A program made the translations under genes and the position numbers. Shown in pieces: positions 43,308 to 54,141 of a stretch of DNA of 64,000 nucleotides. Positions within the stretch are counted from its first letter, which is position 1; every line of letters begins with the position of its first letter. The notes under the pieces were generated by a model. The model searched no databases. It was not told the DNA's origin and saw nothing but the letters and a program-made list of their open reading frames with translations. This DNA comes from Nitrososphaerota archaeon (GTDB lineage Archaea; Thermoproteota; Nitrososphaeria_A; Caldarchaeales; Caldarchaeaceae): assembly GCA_041641305.1 (NCBI GenBank), contig JBEPYN010000002.1, positions 96,001 to 160,000 of the forward strand, in the 5' to 3' direction.

Positions 43308-46300
43308 TTGAGAACGATGTACAGGGGGCTTTGCCCGAACTGTGGCGGCGACGCAAACGATGAGGAGTTGTTAACTAACGGTGTTTGCGGCCGCTGTGTC
43401 GGCTTCAGGGCCTCGAGCAAAGCAGAGGTTTACCGGTCTCTTCTCGAGACAGGTAGGCTGAGAAATGTGAAAGATGTGTTTGAGCTGGCCATGGAGATGG
43501 AGGAGTTCAGTAACCTTTTCCGGAGACTGGTCGGCTCTGAGCCGTGGTCTCTGCAGGAGACTTGGATGAGGAGGATGCTTCTGGGTAGAAGCTTCTCAAT
43601 CATCGCTCCCACGGGAATCGGGAAAACCACCTTCGGCATAGTCGCCGCGATACATCTACATCAGAAAAAAGGTTTGAAAAGTTACCTCATCTTTCCCAGC
43701 AGCCTACTGGTCCAACATGTTTATGAAAGGTTCGGCGAATATCTTTCAAAACTCGGCGAGGGCCCCCGTGTCACAGCATACTACACCGGAGTCCCAAAAC
43801 CTAAGACGCTTCTTGACGATATCATGTTTGGAGAGTTCGATGTCCTGATAACCACAGACCGGTTCCTCTACAGCCGCTTCGACACGTTAAGGGGGAAGGA
43901 GTTTGACCTGGTTTTCGTAGACGATGTCGACTCCTTTCTCAAGAGCCCGCGAAACATCGACAAGGTTGTGGAGCTGCTGGGCTATAGCCCTGAAGTCGTC
44001 GAAACAGTTCTTAAGAAAATACGTGCCAAGTCTCTTGACGAGAATCCTGAGAACTACAGACGCTCCGTGGGAAAGAAGATTTTAATCGTCTCCGGAGCTA
44101 CCTCGAGGGCGAAGAGAACTCTTAGAGTCAAGATCTTTAGACAGCTTTTTGGCTTCGAGCCGGGCCACACCTTCGAGCTTGTCCGAAACATCGGCACATA
44201 TTATCTGAGGCTTGAGAAACCGGCTGCGATGGTTGCAGCGGAGTTGTTGGAAAAGTTTGGTGGAGGTGCTCTTGTTTTTGTTCCACAGACCCAAGGCGTC
44301 GAGGGCGCCGAGAACCTCGCCGAAGAGCTGAGACGACGCGGTATACCATGCATGGCTTATCAAAAATTCAGCCCAAGCATGCTTGAGAAGTTTGAAAAAG
44401 GAGAGTATGAGGCGCTTATCGGAGTCGCGAGTAGTAGAAACCCGCTGGCGAGGGGAATAGATCTACCCGAGAGAATCAGATATGTTGCCTTCGCCGGCGT
44501 ACCAAGGAGAGAGATAGTGATAGAGCGGGCGGAGTATAGGCCTCAGATGCTGCTTACCGTTTTGAAGCATGTTGCACCGCTTCTCGATGAGCCGGTGGCA
44601 GCCGAGGCTATGCGTCTGATGGGCAGCCTTTCACGGGTAATTCCTACATCGGCAGAGGTGGTTGAGAGAGTTAGGGAAGCCATAGCAACAGGCACCGATT
44701 TGACGGGGTTTGAGGGTCATGTGCAGCGACTCGTGAAACAAGCTAGGACGCTGCTCGACAAAATCATGACACCAGAGATGGTTGCGGCTGTCTCCGAGCG
44801 AGCCGACATCAGGCTCAGCATAACATCCACAGGATTCAGCCTTGTGACACCAGACGTCGACGGCTTCATACAGGCGTCGGGCAGATGCTCGAGACTCTAC
44901 GCGGGAGGAATAACACGCGGCGTAGCAATCATGCTTGTGGACGATGAGAAAAGTTTCTACAGCTTCAGCAAAAGGCTTGAAACAATCTATGACGAGACTA
45001 TGGAGCCGTTTGATATGGAGAAGGTTGCAGAGGACTTTAAGCGTGTGGACGAAGACAGGCGGAAAGTTGCGCTGGCCCGTATGGGGAGGCTGGAGACCGC
45101 CCGTCAAGACATGATGAGAAACGCTCTCGTCGTTGTCGAGTCTCCGACTAAGGCTAGAACAATCGCAACCTTCTTCGGCAGACCCGTCAGACGGAGGATA
45201 AATGGTTTAACAGCCTATGAATCAATCAGCGGAAACGCTCTCCTCACCGTTGTGGCCTCCGGGGGCCATGTCTTCGACCTCACCACATCAGGAGGATACC
45301 ATGGCGTCCTCATAACGGACTCGAAATACATCCCGGTCTACACGACTGTGAACCGTTGCATGGAATGTGGTCAACAGTTCGTCGACTCTGCAAGGTGTCC
45401 ATACTGCGGGTCGGAGAAGGTGTCCAGCAAGTTGACTGTGGTGGAGGCGGTTAGGCAGCTTGCTCTTGAAGCCAACGAGGTGCTCGTCGCCACAGACCCT
45501 GACGCCGAGGGTGAAAAAATAGGCTATGACATCTACTGTTTTGTGAAGCCGTATAACGAACGGGTCAAGCGTCTCGAATTCCATGAGATAACGAGAAAAG
45601 CACTTGCAGCAGCCCTTGCGTCTCCGAGAGATGTTAAGGAGAGCCTCGTCGAGGCCCAGCTGCTCCGCAGAATCGAGGATAGGTGGGTCGGGTTTGAGTT
45701 GAGCAAAAAGGTGCAGGAAATTTTTGGGAGGAAGAATTTATCGGCGGGAAGGGTTCAGACACCTGTTCTAGGATGGGTTGTCAACAGGACAGAGGAAGCG
45801 GCTAAGAAAATCCCTGCTCTAGCTATCACGCTCGCGGACGGTCTGGTGTTCGAGTTTCTTAACCCAGCTGAATTGGATAAGATGGAGGAGCTTTTCAACA
45901 GAGGCAGCCTCACATGCTCTGTCGAGGTCTCTTCAGAGCTGCGAGTTGTTGCCCCAGCGCCTCCATACACGACCGACTCGATGCTAAGAGATGCGTGGCA
46001 ATATCTCAGGATGGGTGCGGCTGAGGCGATGGCGGCGGCCCAAACACTCTTCGAATCAGGTTTGATAACCTATCACCGAACAGATTCAACAACCGTCTCA
46101 ACCACCGGCCTCGGCGTAGCCAAGGCATACATAGAGGACAAGTTTCCCACATTCTTCAAGCCAAGAACCTACAGCCGCGAAGGCGCCCACGAATGCATAA
46201 GGCCAACGAAACCCCTCGACGAGAAAACCCTCAGCTACTACATATCCTCAAACATTCTCAGAACCGTGGCGAAAATTGGCAAAAGAGAGTTGGCGCTCTA

Positions 46301-46844
46301 TGGCTTGATTTTCAGACGGTTCATGGCGAGCCAGATGCCCGAAGCCCGTGTATTATATCAACGGCTAACCGTCAAAATGTTGTCAAACGTGCTAGAGGTC
46401 GAGAGACCCGTTGAGATAGTGGAGGAAGGCTTCCTAAGGTTTAACCCGGTAGTCACCGTCCAGCCACGTGTGGAGCCGGGAACAAGGAAAGTTGTCGCCA
46501 TGCAGGTCAGAAAAGTGCCCGCGGCAAGGCTATTCACCGAAGGCGAGCTCATAGCCATGATGAAGAGCAGGGGAATAGGCAGACCCAGCACCTACGCAAA
46601 AATCATCCAAACACTCTACGAAAGAAACTACATCTTTCAAAACGCTGGAAGAATAATCTCCACAAAACTCGGCAAAGCGGTTTACCGCTATCTATCCAAC
46701 ACCTTCGGCGAATTCGTCTCAGAAGACTTGACGAGAAAACTCGAGAGAGTTATGGACGAGGTTGAAGAAGGCCAAAAAGACTACATAGAAGTTCTGAGAG
46801 AGCTATACGGCTCATTAAAGACGTTCACAGCCCTTACGAAATAA
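43308..46844 (+). CDS. rgy: Reverse gyrase
   Basis: N-terminal CPNCGG...CGRC; APTGIGKT; DDVD; RGIDLP; QASGR.SR; VESPTKA; second Zn finger; DPDAEGE; SAGRVQ; ITYHRTDS; GIGRPSTY. Confidence 0.97.
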   Translation: MRTMYRGLCPNCGGDANDEELLTNGVCGRCVGFRASSKAEVYRSLLETGRLRNVKDVFELAMEMEEFSNLFRRLVGSEPWSLQETWMRRMLLGRSFSIIAPTGIGKTTFGIVAAIHLHQKKGLKSYLIFPSSLLVQHVYERFGEYLSKLGEGPRVTAYYTGVPKPKTLLDDIMFGEFDVLITTDRFLYSRFDTLRGKEFDLVFVDDVDSFLKSPRNIDKVVELLGYSPEVVETVLKKIRAKSLDENPENYRRSVGKKILIVSGATSRAKRTLRVKIFRQLFGFEPGHTFELVRNIGTYYLRLEKPAAMVAAELLEKFGGGALVFVPQTQGVEGAENLAEELRRRGIPCMAYQKFSPSMLEKFEKGEYEALIGVASSRNPLARGIDLPERIRYVAFAGVPRREIVIERAEYRPQMLLTVLKHVAPLLDEPVAAEAMRLMGSLSRVIPTSAEVVERVREAIATGTDLTGFEGHVQRLVKQARTLLDKIMTPEMVAAVSERADIRLSITSTGFSLVTPDVDGFIQASGRCSRLYAGGITRGVAIMLVDDEKSFYSFSKRLETIYDETMEPFDMEKVAEDFKRVDEDRRKVALARMGRLETARQDMMRNALVVVESPTKARTIATFFGRPVRRRINGLTAYESISGNALLTVVASGGHVFDLTTSGGYHGVLITDSKYIPVYTTVNRCMECGQQFVDSARCPYCGSEKVSSKLTVVEAVRQLALEANEVLVATDPDAEGEKIGYDIYCFVKPYNERVKRLEFHEITRKALAAALASPRDVKESLVEAQLLRRIEDRWVGFELSKKVQEIFGRKNLSAGRVQTPVLGWVVNRTEEAAKKIPALAITLADGLVFEFLNPAELDKMEELFNRGSLTCSVEVSSELRVVAPAPPYTTDSMLRDAWQYLRMGAAEAMAAAQTLFESGLITYHRTDSTTVSTTGLGVAKAYIEDKFPTFFKPRTYSREGAHECIRPTKPLDEKTLSYYISSNILRTVAKIGKRELALYGLIFRRFMASQMPEARVLYQRLTVKMLSNVLEVERPVEIVEEGFLRFNPVVTVQPRVEPGTRKVVAMQVRKVPAARLFTEGELIAMMKSRGIGRPSTYAKIIQTLYERNYIFQNAGRIISTKLGKAVYRYLSNTFGEFVSEDLTRKLERVMDEVEEGQKDYIEVLRELYGSLKTFTALTK

Positions 46845-46910
46845 TGGTGCATCAAAGCATAGACATCTTGATGGTAAAAAACAGAAATACTGCATCCGTT
46901 TTGTGGTTTC

Positions 46911-47738
46911 GTGGTCAATCTTCTGTATGTTGTGTTCATCTCTTTTATCGCTGGTTTAGTGGGCTCTGTGACGGGGTTGGGCGGCGCCAGCATAACCACC
47001 CCTCTTCTAACCCTGGTGGGTGTCCCTATAAAGTACGCCATCGCTGCGGGCATAGTCTCTATAATAGCCACGTCAAGCGGCTCGGCGGCATCGTATGTGC
47101 GGGGCGGATTATCAAACGTAAGAGCAGCCATGTTTCTAGAGATGTTCACCATCGTGGGCGGAATCATCGGCGCAATAATAACAGTCTACATCGTGCCACG
47201 GCTTCTCTACTTTTTCTTCGCAGCATTTCTACTCACGTCCTTCATAGGTCTTAGAAGGCATTTAGGTGAAGAAATTCCATCTAATGTGAAGCAGGACAAG
47301 GCTGCGAGGTGGCTGGGCCTCTCTGGCTCCTACTACGACAGACGTCTGGGTAAGGAGGTGACATACAAGCTCACGAAACCTCTTGAAGCAGGAGCAGGCA
47401 TGTTCATCGCAGGCTTGGCGGCAGGTATGCTGGGCATAGGCGCGGGCGCCTTCAAAGTAGCTGTCCACGAGCTCATCCTAAGAATGCCATCTAAAGTCTC
47501 ATCAGCCACAAGCACATTCATCATAGGCATGACCGCGCTAGCGGGGGCCAGCATATATTTCGGTTCAGGTCTTCTCTACCTAACCCTAGCAGCACCCATG
47601 GTTGTAGGCACAACAATCGGAGCTATGGTGGGCTCCCGCCTCCTCAACAGGATAAGCAACAGAGGCACTAGAATTTTTTTCCTAGTAGTGGTGCTATACC
47701 TCATAGTGCAGATGCTGTTAAAGGGGTTGCTTGAATGA
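46911..47738 (+). CDS. TauE/SafE sulfite exporter family protein
   Basis: GLVGSVTGLGG, IATSSGS, GMLGIGAG, P.KVSSATS. Confidence 0.9.
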   Translation: MVNLLYVVFISFIAGLVGSVTGLGGASITTPLLTLVGVPIKYAIAAGIVSIIATSSGSAASYVRGGLSNVRAAMFLEMFTIVGGIIGAIITVYIVPRLLYFFFAAFLLTSFIGLRRHLGEEIPSNVKQDKAARWLGLSGSYYDRRLGKEVTYKLTKPLEAGAGMFIAGLAAGMLGIGAGAFKVAVHELILRMPSKVSSATSTFIIGMTALAGASIYFGSGLLYLTLAAPMVVGTTIGAMVGSRLLNRISNRGTRIFFLVVVLYLIVQMLLKGLLE

Positions 47739-48091
47739 GTCAGAACGAGAAGCTTGAATATATCATAAGCGCAATTCTCATAACCGGGGTTGCCGCCAGC
47801 CTAGTAACGACAACCTGGGGATTAACACTATATTGTCTAACCGGCTGCAACGATGTTGATTTCAGCGATAGATATAGAGTAAGCTCGGAGAGCTTCTTTT
47901 TTTATGTGCTCCACCTACCAACAAGCGGCGCAGCAGGCCTAATGGCGGCAGGCCTGGTCATTCTCATGCTAACCCCCTATATCAGGGTCGTGGCTTCACT
48001 GGTATACTTCCTCGCCAAACGCGACTTCAAATACACATTCATAACAGCCTTCGTCCTCATAATCCTAACAATAAGTCTGATCTTTCGTTGA
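47735..48091 (+). CDS. DUF1634-like membrane protein
   Basis: GLVILMLTPYIRV...D.KY; typical TauE partner with overlapping start. Confidence 0.8.
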   Translation: MSQNEKLEYIISAILITGVAASLVTTTWGLTLYCLTGCNDVDFSDRYRVSSESFFFYVLHLPTSGAAGLMAAGLVILMLTPYIRVVASLVYFLAKRDFKYTFITAFVLIILTISLIFR

Positions 48092-48156
48092 ATCTGATAC
48101 TTTCGTGTTGTTATGCAGCATAGGCTGCCGCGGAATAGTTGTAGGTTTGATGTCTT

Positions 48157-49008
48157 CTATGTCCACTTCACTTTGATTTCTGCTTCGTCTGTCACGTCTT
48201 TTTGCAGCCGTCTGACCAGCACCAGTTTTAGAAGGTGTTTGACATTTTCGCCATCGGCTACTGTTGTGTCGCGTTTCACTATTTTGTATAGGAACAATTC
48301 TTCTAGGATGTTTGATGGTGTGCATCCGAGTGCGCGGAGGATTTTCTTTACGTGACGTTTCGGTGGAAGGCTTCTGGTTGCGGTGAAAAGAGGCTGGGGC
48401 GGGCCTACTACAGGCATCCACTCGAAATACTGTGTAGCACCCGACTGTGCCCGTGCAATCTCCTGACCTATCTTTTCGTATTCGTTGTCTATCCATCTCT
48501 CGAGTATAAGCTTGGCGACTGTGTTTTCGGGGCCCTGCACAGTCAGGCTGCCGGTGAGCCGGCCGTCCTCACTCTGTAGCGAGGCGTACGCCATGCTGGC
48601 TTGGTCCGATACGCTGAGCATGTTCTTCCCGAGGTTTATCGAGAATTTACCGCTCCATGGCGTGAAAAACATCATCCAAACATCTGTTCGATACGCTATA
48701 TCCAGTTTAGCCGCAGGAGCTGTGAGAACGCCGCTGGATGTTTTCACCAAACCTGTACAGGGGTTAGCGGGCATTTCGAAGGAGAGGCGGTCTCCGGAGA
48801 CCGCGACAGTGTCAACAGGGCCTAGAAACCTGTAGCTGGCATCCCACCCACTTCCGTATCTGCGTGTATATCGTTGTCTGAATGAAAAGCTTCCGTAGCC
48901 CAGCTCAACACCTCTAACCTGCTTAGCCCCAATCACCTCAACAACAACTCGTCCATTATGGAGACGGCATTCAAGACCTTTGAGGCCGGAGAAGTTGAGA
49001 ACCTGCAT
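48157..49008 (-). CDS. Hypothetical beta-rich protein
   Basis: 283-aa ORF following the nucleoside hydrolase; no motif recognised. Confidence 0.65.
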   Translation of the reverse strand: MQVLNFSGLKGLECRLHNGRVVVEVIGAKQVRGVELGYGSFSFRQRYTRRYGSGWDASYRFLGPVDTVAVSGDRLSFEMPANPCTGLVKTSSGVLTAPAAKLDIAYRTDVWMMFFTPWSGKFSINLGKNMLSVSDQASMAYASLQSEDGRLTGSLTVQGPENTVAKLILERWIDNEYEKIGQEIARAQSGATQYFEWMPVVGPPQPLFTATRSLPPKRHVKKILRALGCTPSNILEELFLYKIVKRDTTVADGENVKHLLKLVLVRRLQKDVTDEAEIKVKWT

Positions 49009-49046
49009 TTAAAAGATACCTCATAGGCATCGATAAAAATTTCACG

Positions 49047-49964
49047 TCACCTTAGACGCTCTTGAAACATCGCTAGAAAACGTGGGCCGTCGACATGTTC
49101 GCATACCTCGGCATTCGGTTCGCGTTTTATCCAGAACCTTCTCTCGACGATGGTTTGGCCGCGTGTCAGCTCCCCGTCACAGACTACGTACACGTGGTAC
49201 GGGTTGGTTTTGAAGAGAGAGGGGTTGATTGAGGCTGCGACTGCCATCGGGTCATGAAGCTGCACAAACCCAAACCTCTCCGCAAACCTCCACACAATTT
49301 TCGCAGCGGTCCTGGCTGTTTCAGAGCTTGATGAAGCCATTTTCTCCACATCTTTTTTGCTCAAGGTGGCCGCAGGGTTCGTCGTCACATCAAGCCCTAT
49401 GCAGAGGGGGTTTAGGCCGCTTTGGAAAACGATTTTTGCAGCCTCGGGGTCGACGTAGATGTTGAACTCGGAGACGGGTGTCTCGTTGCCGTAGCCGTAG
49501 GGTGTTAGCCCGTATGCGCCGCCCATGAGAATCAACTGCTTCAAATGTTTGGCTATGGCTGGCTCGATTAGGAGTGTATGTGCTATGTTGGTCAAGGGGC
49601 CTGTGGCTATGAGCGTGACATCCCGCTCAGAAGAAAGTGTTTCTATGAGGAACTTTACTGCGCCGTCGACGGGTTTTCGCGAGGCCATAGGTATGCCGGC
49701 GTCCCCGAGCCCATCTTCTCCATGCACCCACTCCGCCGTCACAAGGCTCTTCACCAGAGGCTCAGCCGCACCACGGAAAACAGGGATATCCCGCCTACCC
49801 AAAACCTCTAAAACACGCAACGCGTTGACAGAGCTTTTATCGACATGAACGTTTCCGCTCACAGTCGTTATGCCGAGAACCTCAAGCTCCGGGGAATTAA
49901 CAGCCAGCATGATAGCCAGAGCATCGTCGATGCCCGGGTCCATGTCGAGAATAACCTTAGCCAC
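49047..49964 (-). CDS. Nucleoside hydrolase (IUNH family)
   Basis: DMDPGIDDA, GNV, HGEDGLG, TGPLTNIA, MGGA, EFNIYVDPEAA, GLDVT, LHDP; GTG start at 49964 chosen. Confidence 0.93.
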   Translation of the reverse strand: MAKVILDMDPGIDDALAIMLAVNSPELEVLGITTVSGNVHVDKSSVNALRVLEVLGRRDIPVFRGAAEPLVKSLVTAEWVHGEDGLGDAGIPMASRKPVDGAVKFLIETLSSERDVTLIATGPLTNIAHTLLIEPAIAKHLKQLILMGGAYGLTPYGYGNETPVSEFNIYVDPEAAKIVFQSGLNPLCIGLDVTTNPAATLSKKDVEKMASSSSETARTAAKIVWRFAERFGFVQLHDPMAVAASINPSLFKTNPYHVYVVCDGELTRGQTIVERRFWIKREPNAEVCEHVDGPRFLAMFQERLR

Positions 49965-50026
49965 AGCATCTTTAGAGAAACAAATCAATTATAGATTTTT
50001 ATGGTCTTGACACAGGGGGTCGGTAA

Positions 50027-50989
50027 ATGGTGGATGTTGTCGTCGTGGGCAGCTTGCACATGGACCTTACGGTAAAGTTGGCACGGCTGCCGTCGAGAGG
50101 AGAGACCGTGATTGGCGGATTTTTCCAAGTGTCTCCAGGTGGTAAGGGTGCTAATCAGGCGGTGGCTGCTGCGAGGCTCGGCGCCAGCGTTGCTATCGTG
50201 GGACGTGTAGGCTCTGACCTTTTCGGCAACCTTATACTGGATAGGCTGAGGAAAGAAAATGTTTCGACAAACTTTGTTGTCAAAGATGAGGAGACGCATT
50301 CGGGTGTCGCCTTGATTATGGTTGACAAGAGGGGGAACAACATCATAGCCGTGGCCTCCGGAGCCGACTCGAGATGCTCACCAAGCGATGTGGATGCTGC
50401 GGAGAATATGATAGCGTCGTCGAAAGTGCTCCTAACACAGCTTGAGATACCCCTTGCAACGGTTGAGCGCGGTGTTGCGATAGCGCATAGACACGGCGTC
50501 CCCGTGATACTTAACGCAGCTCCTGCGCAGCGTCTCTCTCGCAAGTTCTTGGAGAATGTTGATGTGGTTGTCGCGAACAGGATTGAGGCCTCTGTTTTGA
50601 CGGGGATACGTGTAAATGATGTTTCTTCGGCGGTGCGTGCTGGGAAGAGGCTGTTGGCGATGGGTGTGAGATACGCTGTTGTCACGCTTGGAAGGAGAGG
50701 CGCTGTGACGGTTGACAAGAAAGAGACTGTTCACCTTAGAGGCGTGAAGGTGAAGGCTGTGGATGCGACAGGTGCGGGTGATGCGTTCTGCGGAGCCCTC
50801 GCATATGGCCTCGTCAGAGGAATAAGGATTCATGACGCGGCGGAGCTGGCCAACAACGCCGCCGCACTCGCCACAACAAAGGTCGGAGCACAGGAAGCCA
50901 TGCCAACCCTCGCAGAACTCCAAAAATTCATGACATCAAATGGCAGAGCCAAAAACCTTGAAACCCTCTTCAACAAAACCTACAGCTAA
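50027..50989 (+). CDS. rbsK: Ribokinase
   Basis: GGKGANQAVAAARLG, QLEIP, NAAP, NRIEA, DATGAGDAF; divergent from the nucleoside hydrolase. Confidence 0.93.
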   Translation: MVDVVVVGSLHMDLTVKLARLPSRGETVIGGFFQVSPGGKGANQAVAAARLGASVAIVGRVGSDLFGNLILDRLRKENVSTNFVVKDEETHSGVALIMVDKRGNNIIAVASGADSRCSPSDVDAAENMIASSKVLLTQLEIPLATVERGVAIAHRHGVPVILNAAPAQRLSRKFLENVDVVVANRIEASVLTGIRVNDVSSAVRAGKRLLAMGVRYAVVTLGRRGAVTVDKKETVHLRGVKVKAVDATGAGDAFCGALAYGLVRGIRIHDAAELANNAAALATTKVGAQEAMPTLAELQKFMTSNGRAKNLETLFNKTYS

Positions 50990-51003
50990 CAAAGTTGTTT
51001 ACC

Positions 51004-52005
51004 CTAAGAAACGAGACCTGCCCAGCTGATAACGGCCACCAACATCACCAATATGATGGTAACGGTCAAAAGGGTCATGATGATGTATTTTCGGGCTTTT
51101 TTCTGCTCATAATATTTTCTGGGTCTTACACCTCTGGCGATCAGTGTGATGATGCCGCCGATGTTTAGTCCGAGGATGTTCATCAGAGTCAGGGAAAACG
51201 CGCCTACCATGGTGTCGGCCCTACCCAACGCTATTCCGATTCCTGTTACCGAGGCAGGTGGTATTAGGGCCGCGGCGATGGCGACGCCTACAAGCAGCTC
51301 AGGTATGTTGGTTGTCAATGCGAGGCCCGCGCCAACGCCGAGCAATAGAGCCAGAGCTATGTCCGGTATGGTCATCCTTGTTCTCCGCATAATCTCCTCA
51401 TTTAGGGGAATTCCGAAAGTTTGATTCAGGAAAAATGCGCCAAGCGTGGAGGTTAGGATGGCTAAACCAAGCATCAAAAGAACAGTGAACTCGCCTCTGA
51501 GCACACGCATCGATTTTCCGAGGCATGTGTTGACGTTTACGGCGTTTATTGGTCCGAGAAGCGGTGAGAGAAGCATAGCGCCTATTATGATGACAGGGTT
51601 GTTGAGATAGAGACCTATCAGAGCCACCGCCGATGCCAGAGCAACCATGATAGACATTTCACGCGAAGGCTTCAGAAAACGGTCAACCCTCTCAACAATA
51701 GCCTCGAGAGGATTGAATGTATTTCCCGAGCCGGAGCTCTGCTTCAACCGCTCCATGTAGGGCGAAACTGTTGCAACCAAGTCGGAAACATATATGATGC
51801 TCTCCTTCCTCCTAAGGTCCATTTTCTGCGAAACCTGCTCAATTATCTTTCCAACCATCTCCTCCGACACAACTATGCTATATTGGAAACATTTCTGGCC
51901 CCCGCATGTTACCGTAGATTTAGAGTATGGCAGAGCGAGAGCCTCCATCGCCTCGTCGACACCTTTAACATTGTCTTCAACCACGCGGATTGTGACGCAC
52001 TTCAA
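51004..52005 (-). CDS. DUF389/TIGR00341-family membrane protein
   Basis: IIIGAMLLSPLLGP, LVGVAIAAALIPPA. Confidence 0.88.
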   Translation of the reverse strand: MKCVTIRVVEDNVKGVDEAMEALALPYSKSTVTCGGQKCFQYSIVVSEEMVGKIIEQVSQKMDLRRKESIIYVSDLVATVSPYMERLKQSSGSGNTFNPLEAIVERVDRFLKPSREMSIMVALASAVALIGLYLNNPVIIIGAMLLSPLLGPINAVNVNTCLGKSMRVLRGEFTVLLMLGLAILTSTLGAFFLNQTFGIPLNEEIMRRTRMTIPDIALALLLGVGAGLALTTNIPELLVGVAIAAALIPPASVTGIGIALGRADTMVGAFSLTLMNILGLNIGGIITLIARGVRPRKYYEQKKARKYIIMTLLTVTIILVMLVAVISWAGLVS

Positions 52006-52050
52006 GTTATGTTGAGAAAGCTTGGCAGCCTAATATAACCTCTAACAAAT

Positions 52051-53751
52051 ATGGTATTGTTCGCCGCAAGTTCCCAAAACGGGATAATTGGCCGAGCCTT
52101 GCTACATGTTTTTATACAGGGTCTCTGGTTGTTGTGGACAAAGGGTGGGGGTGCTAAAATCGATTACGTCGAGGTTTTGGACACCACTCTCCGCGACGGC
52201 GCGCAGACCCGAGGAGTAACCTTCACTCTCCACGACAAGCTCCGCATAGCCGAGAAGCTTGACGAGATAGGTGTTGATATTATCGAGGGAGGCTGGCCTG
52301 GATCTAACCCGAAGGATGAAGACTTTTTCCGCGAAGCTCGGAAGCTTTCCCTCAGCAACAGCAGACTCGGCGCCTTCGGGTCCACGAGGAGACCGAACGT
52401 CAAGCCATCTCAAGACCCGTCTGTCAACGCCCTACTCAAAGCCGACGTCCCAGTCGCAATAGTCTTCGGCAAATCCTGGATACTCCATGTAATCGATGTC
52501 CTGAGAACAACTCCCGAGGAGAACCTTCGGATGGTCGCCGACACAATAGAGTACCTAAGGGAGCATGGGATGGAGGTGGTGTTTGACGCGGAGCATTTCT
52601 TCGACGGCTACCGAGAGTCCCCCGAGTATGCGATGCAGGTTCTGAAACAGGCTAGAGACGCGGGGGCCAGCACGATTGTTCTCTGCGACACCAACGGAGG
52701 CACACTGCCGTTCAGAGTGGCTGAGATAGTTAGAAGGGTTCGACGCGAGATAGACACGCGTCTGGGTATTCATGCCCACAACGACTGTGGAGTCGCGGTG
52801 GCGAACAGCCTAATGGCGGTGACCGAGGGTGTGAGGCATGTGCAGGGCACGATGATTGGGTTGGGTGAGCGCTGCGGCAACGCCGACCTTACACAGATTA
52901 TCCCGAATCTCGCGCTCAAGATGAATTACCGTGTTCTCAGAAACAGTGAGGGGCTTAGAAAGCTCAAAGATGTTGCATACTACATCGCGGAGGTGTCTGG
53001 TTTCCAGATTACACCCAATTACCCATTCTTCGGCATCAACGCCTTCGCCCACAAAGGCGGAGTACACATAGACGCGATGCTCAAAAACCCGCGCACATAC
53101 GAGCACATCGACCCATCTCTCCTCGGCATGGACAGAACCCTCTCAGTCTCGGAGCTCGCCGGAAGAGCAGCCCTCGTCAACCACGCCGCCAAGCTCGGAC
53201 TCGTCTTGACCAAGGAACAGGTGACGAGCATCCTCGAGAAGATAAAGAGGCTTGAGGCTGAGGGGTATCATTTCGAGCCTGCTGACGCCACGGTTTCTCT
53301 GATGATCCTCGAGGCGGTTGGCTATGATGTGGAAAGGCTGAGAGTTAGGACTTGGTGGGTGGAGGTTTTGATGGCTGGAAAAATAACCGCGCGGGCGGTT
53401 GTCTCAATGGACATTGATGGGGAAGCTGTGACCGAGATGGCTGAAGGCGTAGGCCCTGTCCACGCTCTTGACGCAGCCATACGCGCAGCCGTTCTCAAAC
53501 GCTATCCACAGCTCGAGACCACGCAGCTGGCCAACTACAAGGTCTCGGTGATCGACACAAAAGACGCTACAGCAGCAGCCGTCAGAGTTTTCGTGGAGTT
53601 CAGCGACAACGGTAACAGCTGGGCAACCACAGGGGTCTCCAAAAACATCGTCGAAGCAAGCCTCAAAGCGATAGTCGACGGCTACAGCTACAAGCTATTG
53701 GTGATTGACGGCGGGTTTACTTCACGTTCACAAGCAGATAACGGTTCATAA
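52051..53751 (+). CDS. cimA: Citramalate synthase (alpha-isopropylmalate synthase family); true start probably about 25 codons downstream
   Basis: DTTLRDGAQ, EGGWPGSNPKD, FDAEHFFDG, LCDTNGG, HAHND, GERCGNA, AFAHKGGVH, LeuA-type allosteric domain. Confidence 0.9.
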   Translation: MVLFAASSQNGIIGRALLHVFIQGLWLLWTKGGGAKIDYVEVLDTTLRDGAQTRGVTFTLHDKLRIAEKLDEIGVDIIEGGWPGSNPKDEDFFREARKLSLSNSRLGAFGSTRRPNVKPSQDPSVNALLKADVPVAIVFGKSWILHVIDVLRTTPEENLRMVADTIEYLREHGMEVVFDAEHFFDGYRESPEYAMQVLKQARDAGASTIVLCDTNGGTLPFRVAEIVRRVRREIDTRLGIHAHNDCGVAVANSLMAVTEGVRHVQGTMIGLGERCGNADLTQIIPNLALKMNYRVLRNSEGLRKLKDVAYYIAEVSGFQITPNYPFFGINAFAHKGGVHIDAMLKNPRTYEHIDPSLLGMDRTLSVSELAGRAALVNHAAKLGLVLTKEQVTSILEKIKRLEAEGYHFEPADATVSLMILEAVGYDVERLRVRTWWVEVLMAGKITARAVVSMDIDGEAVTEMAEGVGPVHALDAAIRAAVLKRYPQLETTQLANYKVSVIDTKDATAAAVRVFVEFSDNGNSWATTGVSKNIVEASLKAIVDGYSYKLLVIDGGFTSRSQADNGS

Positions 53752-54109
53752 TGCTCCAGTACTCGACAGCTACACCTGGCTCAATCTTCGCCCGCAGGTT
53801 CTCGTCCTTGGGCATCGGCACCTCAACAATCTCGAGGGACTGATTATCCATAACTGATACGGAGTCTCCTGAGATAGCCACGACCTGCCCCGTCCGTTTA
53901 TCCACTATCGGCACCTCGACCTTGTTGTCCGCGGGGCCGACCATACTCCTCTTAACCTCGTCAAATATCCCGATAGCCACGAGCCTTACCTTCGCCGAGC
54001 CATGTTTACCGGGCTTGCTCTTCTCGACCTCGACAATCCTGCATGGTTCACCGTCGATGACGATGTTATGCCCCTCCTTCAGGGAACCGAGTTCAACCGG
54101 TTTGCTCAA
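53717..54109 (-). CDS. eif5a: Translation factor aIF5A/eIF5A
   Basis: SKPGKHGSAK hypusine loop. Confidence 0.96.
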   Translation of the reverse strand: MSKPVELGSLKEGHNIVIDGEPCRIVEVEKSKPGKHGSAKVRLVAIGIFDEVKRSMVGPADNKVEVPIVDKRTGQVVAISGDSVSVMDNQSLEIVEVPMPKDENLRAKIEPGVAVEYWSIMNRYLLVNVK

Positions 54110-54141
54110 ACCAATCCATCCCCGCTGGACCCGTTTTTAAA